64,000 nucleotides of DNA. Source: Candidatus Latescibacterota bacterium (GTDB lineage Bacteria; Latescibacterota; UBA2968; GCA-2709665). The stretch covers positions 1,952,001 through 2,016,000 of the forward strand of contig OZ252100.1 in the NCBI GenBank assembly GCA_965248435.1, read 5' to 3'. Below, piece after piece: positions 51,352-60,423 of this stretch. How positions within the stretch are numbered: position 1 is the stretch's first letter; every line of letters starts with the position of its first letter. A program made the position numbers and the translations under genes. Under the pieces are notes generated by a model. It searched no databases. It was given only the letters and a program-made list of their open reading frames with translations, and had not been told where the DNA came from.

Positions 51352-53112
51352 TCAGGACCTCGACTCATGAGCGAATCGGAGCGATGTTGCGGCGATCTCA
51401 CACGCCTTCCCAAGCCAGCGGATCTGTTCTTCAGTGATGGCTTCCAGGAGCAAAAGCTCAACAACTCCGGCCAGCTCATCATTCGAGACCAGGGGTGATG
51501 TCACGATCTGGCAGGGGGTAGCAGTGGCGAACCCGAAGGTGATGCCGTTGGTTTCCGGCGGGGGCGTCTGGACGGACAGCTGTCTGGAACGTGCCGCCTG
51601 ACCGACACTCCCTGTTCCGAACGCGAAACTCGTCAGGGATTCCGCGTCGGGTGAAAGGGCGTACGCTCCGGCTCTGTGCAGCCGGTTGTCTCCATCCAAC
51701 ACGTAGAGCGCGCCCGACGGTGCGCCGATGAACTCAGCGATGGAGGACAGCGTACGCCCCGCGACCTCCGCGACGGTCAAATTGCCGTGCAACTGTGAGC
51801 TGAGTTCGGCCAGTCTGGACTCCTCCATCGCCCTCGCCTGAGACGCCTCCGTAAGGCGCTGCAGTTCCTCAGAGCGCGTTTCCGCCTGCTGGGCGTATTT
51901 CTTTAGTTCCTCCTCTGCTCTCTGTATGTCCGCACGCATCGCATTGAACGACAGCGTCAGGTCGGCAATCTCATCGTCCCCGTCGACCGGGATATCCTTG
52001 ATAAGTTGCCCGGATGCAAAGTCCAACGTTGCCGTCGACAGCGTCTCGATGGGTCTCGTGATGCGTTCCGAGCTTCGCCTTGACAGAACCCACGAAGTAA
52101 TGATCATCAGCGCAATGACGCTAAATAGCAGAACAAGGGCTAAGTTGCTGACAGAGTTCGCCCATCTTGCATCCTCTTGCATAAGACGATCCTGATCGCT
52201 AGTCATCGCGCTCAACATGTCGATACTCTTACGGGCAAGTGGCACCGCCTTGTTCGTCATGAGATACTGTGAGATATTCCAGCGGGAGGATTCACGCATC
52301 TCGATGATTTGCTGTGCCATACGGCAATACACATCAAACTCGTTGCGAAGCCACGTCAATCGATCGAACTGGGAACGAGTGAGCATCTTGCGAAATGAAT
52401 CAACCTGATCAAGCCGATCGCCCGCGAGACCAACCGACACTTCGAAGCCCATCTTGTACTCGGCTCCAGCATCCGCTACATAGTTTGTCAGCTCTGTTTC
52501 GCTGGCCAGGAAGACTCCACGAAAATCTGCCAGAACCACTAGAAGTGCGCTACTTCCTCCCAGCGTCTTCTCCTCGTCAATCAGACCCGAAACCGTTTGC
52601 CGAATCTCCCGCGCCAGCGGTTGCAGCTCCTCCATAAGCAGCACCCGGGAGGGCTCATTCCCTGGGGTATTCGCTACATCTTCGATCCACCACTGCCACT
52701 CCTTCAGCTCCATCAGGGTTTCGACGGCCTCAGTCAGCAGTTTGCGGTCCTTTTCATCCCACTCAGAGCTGAGGGACTTCAGGGAGAGCATCGCCGGCTC
52801 GATCTCACCCTCCCACGCGTGATTTCTGTCCTCCCGAAAATCCGGGTCGGCCAGCGCAACCCATCCCCGCAGCGTGGCCAGAGAATGCTGTACACCGCTG
52901 AGCGCCATCGTCGAAGCTTGAAGGGCAGGCGCTCGGACCTCGGAAAGGGCGCGAACATTCGACCGAAGCCAGATCGTCGTCGCAAGAGCAACGATGAGCA
53001 GAACCACACCGAGGGCAGCCACCTGGAGGTGGGAGCGCAGGAGCCTTGCTCCAATGCCTTGCCTGGTTTCAAGACTACGGTTCGGAGAATCCATCAAGTC
53101 AAACTCCGCCAA
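51352..53112 (-). CDS. Output-less receptor: TM + helical (4HB-like) sensor + TM + HAMP + coiled coil + GAF
   Basis: Two TM helices, ITRPIETL...DDEIADLTLSFNAM HAMP, GAF ending RFAHESRS*. Confidence 0.85.
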   Translation of the reverse strand: MAEFDLMDSPNRSLETRQGIGARLLRSHLQVAALGVVLLIVALATTIWLRSNVRALSEVRAPALQASTMALSGVQHSLATLRGWVALADPDFREDRNHAWEGEIEPAMLSLKSLSSEWDEKDRKLLTEAVETLMELKEWQWWIEDVANTPGNEPSRVLLMEELQPLAREIRQTVSGLIDEEKTLGGSSALLVVLADFRGVFLASETELTNYVADAGAEYKMGFEVSVGLAGDRLDQVDSFRKMLTRSQFDRLTWLRNEFDVYCRMAQQIIEMRESSRWNISQYLMTNKAVPLARKSIDMLSAMTSDQDRLMQEDARWANSVSNLALVLLFSVIALMIITSWVLSRRSSERITRPIETLSTATLDFASGQLIKDIPVDGDDEIADLTLSFNAMRADIQRAEEELKKYAQQAETRSEELQRLTEASQARAMEESRLAELSSQLHGNLTVAEVAGRTLSSIAEFIGAPSGALYVLDGDNRLHRAGAYALSPDAESLTSFAFGTGSVGQAARSRQLSVQTPPPETNGITFGFATATPCQIVTSPLVSNDELAGVVELLLLEAITEEQIRWLGKACEIAATSLRFAHESRS

Positions 53113-54127
53113 ACAGTTGTCCGGGTATACGTTCCACCTGCTCCTGCAGCTCCGTCAACTGACGTTCCAGAATGCCCGCTCGCTGATAGACGTGCGAGGG
53201 ATACTTTTGTCCTGGATGGTAAACTTCTATAGGCGGAGCCGCGTTTGGTACGTGGCTGTGGATGTATGCCAACTCGGAAACGAGCAGGGATGCGATATCG
53301 TAGACATCGCTGGGAACGACGCTGTCGATAGATGAGTCCGTTAGTTTCAAGTCCAGCGTCTCTAATCCCCCTTGGGCCGCAATCCGCCTTGTGCGTTCGA
53401 AGCAGCCGACCAGCCGTCGGTAGACGTCGGCCGGACGCTTGCCGCGCTCGTATTGTGGGGAATCGGGAATCCGGTTCGCCTCCGGAAATTGGGCAAGCAG
53501 ACGAGAGGTGTAGCTCACTGCCAGTGTCACCTGCTGAAACACATCTCCAGGCGAGACCTTGTCATCCAACAGAAGGTTCAATTGTCGGTTAGTCTGGACG
53601 ATCGACTGAAACACGTCGGTAGGAGTCTTGCTGTCGTCCCGCTCGGGCGCAATGGTTTCCCCCGAAGTTGCAATGGCTTCGCGGATCCGATCTATCCGAG
53701 CCAGCGCGGCGTTAACAGCCGAAAAGACGTGGAACGGACGAATGTCTTTTGCGGGGATCTCGGGTACTGGAGCGCGCTCCCGGGTCTGTTCGAAGCAAAG
53801 CCGGTCTGCCTTTCTGAAAAGTGTTAGTGCCTGAAAGAAGACTTCGCGCGGAGCTACATTGGTGACATCGATCTCAGGCTGGGTGTTGGCCGGCCTGCCC
53901 ATCTCGAACCGAATTGCCTCCAGCCTTGCCTGGAGAAGCTCGACCTTGGCGAAGACGTGCGCCGGTGTGATTTCCTGCCCTATGGGCTGCGATCGCGCGG
54001 ACTCCGAAAGGATCCCTTGAAAACAGACCAGAACGACTGTGGCTCGCCAAAACATCGTATGCGGTTTCAAATTCAACTCTCCCCGGCGTGCGGCGGAAGA
54101 ATTCTCCTGGTGCCGATTATTCGGCAT
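53099..54127 (-). CDS. Exported helical-repeat protein of unknown function
   Basis: Signal-like segment, then eight P-x-x-V-(F/Y) initiated helices. Overlaps the start of the downstream receptor. Confidence 0.7.
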   Translation of the reverse strand: MPNNRHQENSSAARRGELNLKPHTMFWRATVVLVCFQGILSESARSQPIGQEITPAHVFAKVELLQARLEAIRFEMGRPANTQPEIDVTNVAPREVFFQALTLFRKADRLCFEQTRERAPVPEIPAKDIRPFHVFSAVNAALARIDRIREAIATSGETIAPERDDSKTPTDVFQSIVQTNRQLNLLLDDKVSPGDVFQQVTLAVSYTSRLLAQFPEANRIPDSPQYERGKRPADVYRRLVGCFERTRRIAAQGGLETLDLKLTDSSIDSVVPSDVYDIASLLVSELAYIHSHVPNAAPPIEVYHPGQKYPSHVYQRAGILERQLTELQEQVERIPGQLFGGV

Positions 54128-54320
54128 GAGATTGTGTCTCGCCGATTAATTTGACGAACTCTCTGAAGGCTTGCTGAGATGCCATCATCGCCTCTCTGAT
54201 GGCCGCCACCGATCGCGTCAGCTCCTCATCTACAAGGGCCAGCTGCTTTAAAATGGTAATCCAAGGCCGGGGCCGCCGTACCTTAGCGTCCGTTTCCTTT
54301 CAAAGCGTCCCCAATTCCTT
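54128..54320 (-). pseudogene. Relic of a deleted hybrid kinase (RBS + 5' end fused to an Hpt end)
   Basis: Reads KETDAKVRRPRPW...QLALVDEELTRSVAAIREAM. 54186-54246 matches 40435-40495 at 47/61 nt. The RBS/TTG region copies the start of the 51306 gene. Confidence 0.7.
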
Positions 54321-54333
54321 TCTCTAACCCGGC

Positions 54334-55947
54334 TCACGACTCCTTACCGGTCTTGATGGACGAGACCATCGTTCCCTCTCGGTCGGCCTTCACACGTGAC
54401 CTCGACTCGTGGGCGAACCTAAGCGATGTGGCGGCGATCTCACACGCCTTCCCCAGCCAGCGGATTTGTTCTTCAGTGATGGCATCCAGGAGCAGGAGCT
54501 CTACAACACCGGCAAGTTCATCATTCGAGACCAGGGGTGATGTCACGATCTGGCAGGGGGTAGCAGTGGCGAACCCGAAGGTGATGCTGCTGGTTTCGGG
54601 CGGGGGTGTCTGGACCGACAGTTGTCTCGAACGTGCCGCCTGACCGACACTCCCCGATCCGAACGCGAAACTCGTCAGGGATTCCGCATCCGGTGAAAGG
54701 GCGTGCGCCGCTACCCTTTGGAGCAGGTTGTCGCCGTCCAACACGTAAAGCGCTCCCGACGGTGCGCCGATGAATTCGGCAATAGCTGCCAGTGCTGTAT
54801 CCGCGACTTCCTCCTCGGTCAGTTTGCCCTGCAGCTGCGAAGTCATACCGGCCAGACTGGACTCCTGCGTCGCCCTCGCCTGAGACGCTTCCGTGAGGCG
54901 CAACAGTTCGTCTGAGCGCGCCTTTTCCGATTTGGCGGCTTCCTCTGCCATCCTCGTGGCATCGGAGAGTTCGGCGGTCCGAAGCCGCACTCTTTCTTCG
55001 AGGCTGCGGTGTGCTTCCTGAAGGGCCCGTTCTCCCCGTCGATTCTGTTCGACGAAGATCGACAGGAGGACAGTCGTCAGGGTGATCACGAAAATGAAGA
55101 GCTGGAGCAGCAGGAGTGAATGGTTCGAAGATGCTACGACAAAGGAGCTCTGCTTCGCCAGGGTTCCTGCAATCGCGATCGTCTCAACCACCACGATAGA
55201 TGCCGTAGCTCCGGGGGTTCCAAGGCGTAGCGCCGACCAGAGCAAAAAAGGCAGGGGAAGAAACACCAGGGGGTAGCCCTGAGTGGCCGTTCCGAAAGTG
55301 GTCGTAAACGCGATCAGGCTGCTCGTGACGATGGCTGCAAGGAGTAAGACGATCTCAACCGACCGGATGCCCGAATCGGTGAGGGTCCGGTCGCGAAGCC
55401 ATGCCAGGAGAAGGGGCGTGGCGACAAACACACCTACCGCATCGCCCAGCCACCAGGTCAGCCAGAGTTCTCCCCACGCCTCCAGGGGTACGACTCCGCT
55501 TACACACAGGCTCGTGCTGCCGAAGGAGGCGCTGACGAGACACATCACCGGAACGATCGCACAGAATCTCAGAAAGGCGGAAACGGTTTCGAGCGGCGGG
55601 CCTCCGATGTACCTCGCAATGAGCAGTCGACCCCACAACGGCTGGAGGAAGGAGCCAACCGCGATGACTGTCCCTGCAGAGAATGTTCGCAAGATCGTAG
55701 ACGCGGATGCGAAGTCGAGGATACTGCTGTTCCCCAGATAGGCACCGATAAACGTTCCGAGCCACGCCCGATTTCCGAAGAGGAGAAACGCTGCGAGCGC
55801 CAGCCCTGCTGGTGGCCAGACCGGGGTGACGTTACCCGGGGGAATCGCGGCCGTTTGCCCGACTCTGGCCAATACATAGTATAAGAGGGCGATCGAAACC
55901 GTTTCGAGGGCATAGCGCCAGTTATTGATCCTGCTGCTGTCGGTCAT
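54334..55947 (-). CDS. Output-less receptor: MASE1 + coiled coil + GAF
   Basis: VTPVWPPAGLALA and TWWLGDAVG (MASE1). GAF ends RFAHESRSRVKAD plus a short tail. Alternative TTG start at 55983. Confidence 0.88.
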   Translation of the reverse strand: MTDSSRINNWRYALETVSIALLYYVLARVGQTAAIPPGNVTPVWPPAGLALAAFLLFGNRAWLGTFIGAYLGNSSILDFASASTILRTFSAGTVIAVGSFLQPLWGRLLIARYIGGPPLETVSAFLRFCAIVPVMCLVSASFGSTSLCVSGVVPLEAWGELWLTWWLGDAVGVFVATPLLLAWLRDRTLTDSGIRSVEIVLLLAAIVTSSLIAFTTTFGTATQGYPLVFLPLPFLLWSALRLGTPGATASIVVVETIAIAGTLAKQSSFVVASSNHSLLLLQLFIFVITLTTVLLSIFVEQNRRGERALQEAHRSLEERVRLRTAELSDATRMAEEAAKSEKARSDELLRLTEASQARATQESSLAGMTSQLQGKLTEEEVADTALAAIAEFIGAPSGALYVLDGDNLLQRVAAHALSPDAESLTSFAFGSGSVGQAARSRQLSVQTPPPETSSITFGFATATPCQIVTSPLVSNDELAGVVELLLLDAITEEQIRWLGKACEIAATSLRFAHESRSRVKADREGTMVSSIKTGKES

Positions 55948-55979
55948 CAGATCCTCGGCAGAAGCGAAAGCTCGTCTGG

Positions 55980-57311
55980 TCAACCGGCTTCCCCACGTGA
56001 CCTCGACTCGTGGGCGAACCGAAGCGACGTTGCGGCAATCTCACACGCCTTCCCCAGCCAGCGGATTTGCTCTTCAGTAATGGCTTCCAGGAGCAGGAGC
56101 TCTACCACACCAGTCAGCTCATCATTCGAGACCAGGGGTGATGTCACGATCTGGCAGGGGGTAGCAGTAGCGAACCCGAAGGTGATGCCGTTGGTTTCCG
56201 GCGGGGGCGTCTGGACGGACAGCTGTCTGGAACGTGCAGCCTGACCGACGCTCCCTGTTCCTAACGCGAAACTCGTCAGGGATTCCGCGTCGGGCGAAAG
56301 GGCGTGCGCCCCGGCCCTGTGCAGCCGGTCGTCGCCGTCCAACACGTAAAGCGCGCCCGACGGCGCGCCGATGAATTCGGCCATGGCTGCCAGCGCTGTA
56401 TCCGAGATCTCCTCAACGGTCACCTTTCCCTGCAGCTGCGAAGTCAAAGCAGCCAGACTAGATTCGTCAGCCGCTTTCGCTTCCGATAGCTGAGAAAGAC
56501 GCTCGAGCTCCGCGGTCCGCTCTGCGACCTGTTCCTCGAGACGGTTGCGGTAGCCGACCAGCTCCGCTTTGTCACGAGCCAGGCTGTCCGACATTCGGTT
56601 GAACGACTCTTCAAGAACCTTGAGCTCGTTGCGACCCGGTGTGGCTACATTCACGTGAAAATCCTCAATATGATCGGGATCGAAGCCTTCTACGGCCGAG
56701 GTCAAGATCGCAAGGGGTCGTCCCAGAAGTCGTCTGAAGAACCAGAGGAAGATGAGACAGAGAGCGGCCGCAGCGACACAGACTTGGACAATCGTCAGTC
56801 CAATCCCCAGCGCGAGCTTTTGCAGAACGACGTCTGAGCTAGAGTAGATGATCGCTTTACCCACCTTCTGACGATTATCTCCCTCGCCGAAGGTGATTTC
56901 GCCAGCGTACGAAATAATCTCTCTCAAGCCTCGGCTTGTCGTGCGGTGGTCCGCAGCGTCGATGGATACGACCACACCCCTGTCGTCGATCACGGTCCCG
57001 CCTATACAGATCGTCTTGCCGGATTCGTCGCGGATCTCGCATCCAACCACAGACGGCAGACTCACCATGCCTTCGAAGAACCTCTTAACTTGCTCGGTGT
57101 TGATATCCCACAATGCTTGTGCAAGGCCCGGACCGAAGGACTTATGGATCAGACGGAGTTCGTCCTGGACTCTCTCTTTTACACTGTAGTACTGAACAGT
57201 CACATCCGCAGCAAGCAGCACCAGGGCCACGCCGATGTAGCAGGCGAGAACTCGCACGAGAAGCTGTTGTGCGACAGAGTTTTTCTGCATCAGCCATTTG
57301 AACGGATTCAT
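55980..57311 (-). CDS. Output-less receptor: TM + periplasmic sensor + TM + HAMP + coiled coil + GAF
   Basis: LAQALWDIN periplasmic domain, RPLAILT...NELKVLEESFNRM HAMP, GAF ending RFAHESRSRGEAG*. Confidence 0.85.
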   Translation of the reverse strand: MNPFKWLMQKNSVAQQLLVRVLACYIGVALVLLAADVTVQYYSVKERVQDELRLIHKSFGPGLAQALWDINTEQVKRFFEGMVSLPSVVGCEIRDESGKTICIGGTVIDDRGVVVSIDAADHRTTSRGLREIISYAGEITFGEGDNRQKVGKAIIYSSSDVVLQKLALGIGLTIVQVCVAAAALCLIFLWFFRRLLGRPLAILTSAVEGFDPDHIEDFHVNVATPGRNELKVLEESFNRMSDSLARDKAELVGYRNRLEEQVAERTAELERLSQLSEAKAADESSLAALTSQLQGKVTVEEISDTALAAMAEFIGAPSGALYVLDGDDRLHRAGAHALSPDAESLTSFALGTGSVGQAARSRQLSVQTPPPETNGITFGFATATPCQIVTSPLVSNDELTGVVELLLLEAITEEQIRWLGKACEIAATSLRFAHESRSRGEAG

Positions 57312-57394
57312 GATCTCTTTCTACCGGTGAACCTCTGAGAGCTTGTGCTTGCGTCGCTCACTTCGATGCCCCTATCCCGCTCAGATACTTCGGG

Positions 57395-58168
57395 TCATTC
57401 GATATATGCATCGATCAGCTCCTGATACCTTCCACTCGATCGAAGGTGCTTCAGACCTTCATCGAAGTCATCTCTGATGCCTTCGTCCCTGAAATTGACC
57501 TGGTAGTGGGTCTCTTTCCCAAAGATGTCGTGAAAGGTCACTTCAGCTGAGGTATCCAATTGGTCTGACAATCGCTTACGAAACCATAGAAATATGGTCC
57601 TATCCACGATAATGACGTCGGCTCGGCCCTTCCAGAAGAAGAGATTCTGGTGTTCCTGATTCGCGAATTCCTTGTACCTCCCGAGGTGGTCACCCTCTGC
57701 TTCGGGTCCGTAGAACTTCACGAATTCAGGCCCCAGGTTCAGATAGGCATTCTGCCAGGCTACGGTGCGGTAGTTGGTCAAGTCCCGGATCGCATCGACC
57801 GTAACCTTGTCCTTCTTCTTGGAAATGGCATAGTTGATATAGGTGACAAAGTCTTCCGAGTAGTAGGTTCCATCTTCACGGTGTTGAACAGAGACCGCTC
57901 CATCGAACCCACTCCTGGCAACAGCATCTGCCAGTCTGCTGTTCGGCATATGACTCTTATGTCCTACTGTGTGTCCTCTGTATCCTAGCGCTTCTCGGAC
58001 AATGGCGATCTCGAATCCTCTTCCCATCCCGTTCTCCTCAAAGACGAAAGGGGGACGTCCCTGACCGAATGCCATTCTCAGGTCTTCCGCTTGACTTTCT
58101 GGAGGCACGAGCGTACAGGACACCAGAAGAGCCACGAAAAGCAGCTCGCCAAAGTGCGCTCTGATCAC
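57395..58168 (-). CDS. Periplasmic substrate-binding protein (family 3, amino-acid type), orphan
   Basis: RPPFVF..GFEIAIVREAL, VAWQNA, GRADVIIVD, RDDFDEGLKHLRSSGRY. Start may be GTG 58168 or upstream (58306). No permease or ATPase adjacent. Confidence 0.85.
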   Translation of the reverse strand: MIRAHFGELLFVALLVSCTLVPPESQAEDLRMAFGQGRPPFVFEENGMGRGFEIAIVREALGYRGHTVGHKSHMPNSRLADAVARSGFDGAVSVQHREDGTYYSEDFVTYINYAISKKKDKVTVDAIRDLTNYRTVAWQNAYLNLGPEFVKFYGPEAEGDHLGRYKEFANQEHQNLFFWKGRADVIIVDRTIFLWFRKRLSDQLDTSAEVTFHDIFGKETHYQVNFRDEGIRDDFDEGLKHLRSSGRYQELIDAYIE

Positions 58169-58302
58169 CCTACTCGTTTCAGCGGTTTGATAACACCGCG
58201 CTGGCCTCACCGAACACCCAATGAACAAAAAGCGCAGCGGTGCTCGTTGCGCCATCGTGAAACCCTCCCCATCGAAAGCTTTACGCGGATTACACAACTC
58301 GA

Positions 58303-60420
58303 TCATCTTTCCAATAACCTGTCATCCTTGACATGATATCGAACAGCCTTGACCGGCTTTGCAATCTTCTCTTCGTGTTTCCCGATGCGAATCGTCACAC
58401 CCTGAAAGGCGGTACTCCAAACCACGATTGACGCGGTTCGCCATCGATAGACTTGAAGCTCCAATTCCTTTCTCTCGGCAAGCAGTTGTTGATTGATCTG
58501 AACGATTTTGCCAAGCTGCTGGGCAGAAAGCGCCAGGATCTTACGTTGAGGACCTGTTGTGGCCGCGAGCATCTTTTGAATCTGAGCGACGTCGAGCCTC
58601 GGAAGTCCAAATTTTCCGAGGTGTTGCAGAATCTGTTTGTTGCCCTTCTGAATGTTCTGTTGAAGTTTTTCCAACTTGCGCCCGTGTTCCAGATCCATCC
58701 CCGCATTCAGCGAGGTTCGTGTTCCGGCAAGGGTACCTGCGAAGTGGGCGTCAATCCCCCTCATGGCCCACGACTGCCCGCCCCAGATCGTGCCGCCCCG
58801 AAGTCCAAGCGCGCGGCGTGCTATGATGATGCCCCCTGCCCGTAAGAGGGCGTCGTCTGCGTGACTCCCCAGTATGATGTCCCTGCCGCTCTGTACTTTC
58901 GCCTCCTTCACGAACTGCGTCCTTACGTCGCCCAGCGCCATCACAGTCGTCTTTCTACCCAGGATCCCTTCGCCCGTCGTAACGTTCCCGTGAGAGAATA
59001 CCTTTGCTCCGGATTCCACTGCACCGGTTATCGTGACGTCACCCGCAGCCTTAACGGAGAAAGTCTGCTTCACGGACCCCACGACGCACACCTCACCCCT
59101 GAAGTCAAGGTTCCCTGTGCCGAAACCAACATCTCCGTCTATGGTCAACAGCTCATACACCGAAACCTTGTCGTCCGTTACTTTCAAAGATCCTTCTATC
59201 GTTGAAGAGTAACTCGCGACGCCGTCTTTTGTCTCAACCCGAACATTTTCACCCGCTTCCAATTTTCGCTCATCCCCGTCTATCGCCGGTACTTCGTTCC
59301 CCCTGACATCTTTTCCCGGTATCCCTGAGCCTGGAGGAGTAACTCGCACAACCACCTGATCCGGCTTCACGTTGGGACCGATGTTGGCAGGCGTGAACTC
59401 GCGGGAGCCGTCTGTGTTCTGTTTTCCCTCTCTTACCGCTGTATCCACCAGGATTTTCAATTCTGAATCCTTGCCCTTTTTGGCGGTTCCGGATGCAATC
59501 AGATATCCGCCCCGCTCGTGCTTACCCTCCGCCTGAAGGCTGAGAAGCTTCCCGATCTCCTCCTCCTCGATGCCCTCCACCACCTCTAGCTCTTCGAGCC
59601 ACGACTGAATCATTTCTCGTGACACCTTCGGGTGATGATCCATCAGACACCAGTAGACCTCCAGTCCGATGGGATCGACCCAAATCGGTGGAAGCACGGA
59701 AAGCGTGTTGTGCAGCAGACAGACATAGCCGTAACGCGTCGCGAGGAACTCGTCGTCCTTCGCTTCCACGAACTGGCCTAAACTGGGTCTCCCGGGGAGA
59801 GGCTGTTCGTCCGTCAGCCTTCCGCCGAACACATCGTATCCCGCCTGCGCCTTCTCTTCCTTGTGCACTTGTGCCAACACATCGCCGGGTGTCGCGGACA
59901 GAGCGGGCGTGGCGCTCAGATCGGACAAAGACAGCTTCTCCGCCCAGAGAACGGGGTTCAACGTCCCTGAAACCACAGCCAGATTTTCTGCAGAGATCGA
60001 CTTCCCTGGTTCTCTGGGATTTCGGTATTCTGTCCACTCCTCGCCCAGTGCCGCGCCCCCTTCGGCCACGGGGAACCACCTGATCCGGTCCCCCTCAAGG
60101 CACTCGCGAATCTGCTGCATATCAGGTATCTGGGCCTCAAAGAAGCTGCACTCCTTGAGCAGTTTGGTGACCTGCCCGGCGCTCTTTATCTCAGGGGCGA
60201 TGCGCGAGAGATAAGCAATCTTCCGGTCCTCCCGAAAGGCGACCTCGATCTCATCAACGGCGACTCTGTAAAACCATCTGCCCTGGTCCAGCCCGGCTTC
60301 CGGACCGGCCTGCTGGTGGATCGCGCCCTCGATAGGCCTGCCCATCCCCTGGACAATCCACCCCGTCTCGGGTCCGGGTGGAAGCTTTTCGAATACGCTG
60401 TCTTCCCCTGTTTCAGCCAC
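58303..60420 (-). CDS. FapA/DUF342 family protein
   Basis: PGKDVRGNEV, IDGDVGFGTGNLDFRGEVCVVGSV, AAGDVTITGAVE, FQGVTIRIG. The N-terminal part partly repeats the GYDVFG/ATRYG motif. Confidence 0.82.
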   Translation of the reverse strand: MAETGEDSVFEKLPPGPETGWIVQGMGRPIEGAIHQQAGPEAGLDQGRWFYRVAVDEIEVAFREDRKIAYLSRIAPEIKSAGQVTKLLKECSFFEAQIPDMQQIRECLEGDRIRWFPVAEGGAALGEEWTEYRNPREPGKSISAENLAVVSGTLNPVLWAEKLSLSDLSATPALSATPGDVLAQVHKEEKAQAGYDVFGGRLTDEQPLPGRPSLGQFVEAKDDEFLATRYGYVCLLHNTLSVLPPIWVDPIGLEVYWCLMDHHPKVSREMIQSWLEELEVVEGIEEEEIGKLLSLQAEGKHERGGYLIASGTAKKGKDSELKILVDTAVREGKQNTDGSREFTPANIGPNVKPDQVVVRVTPPGSGIPGKDVRGNEVPAIDGDERKLEAGENVRVETKDGVASYSSTIEGSLKVTDDKVSVYELLTIDGDVGFGTGNLDFRGEVCVVGSVKQTFSVKAAGDVTITGAVESGAKVFSHGNVTTGEGILGRKTTVMALGDVRTQFVKEAKVQSGRDIILGSHADDALLRAGGIIIARRALGLRGGTIWGGQSWAMRGIDAHFAGTLAGTRTSLNAGMDLEHGRKLEKLQQNIQKGNKQILQHLGKFGLPRLDVAQIQKMLAATTGPQRKILALSAQQLGKIVQINQQLLAERKELELQVYRWRTASIVVWSTAFQGVTIRIGKHEEKIAKPVKAVRYHVKDDRLLER

Positions 60421-60423
60421 GAC

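Larger units (their letters stand above)
51352..56460 (-). repeat. Three near-identical direct copies of the GAF coding segment (about 51355-51850, 54398-54900, 55998-56460), with diverged copies at about 47790-48260 and 49930-50400
   Basis: 70-nt block 51476-51545 equals 54518-54587 exactly and 56119-56188 at 69/70. Other differences are mostly synonymous. Confidence 0.9.

Noticed and set aside
51352-56460. Diversity-generating retroelement or shufflon explanation for the GAF repeats
   Set aside because: There is no reverse transcriptase or site-specific recombinase, the repeats are direct rather than inverted, and the differences are not adenine-specific.
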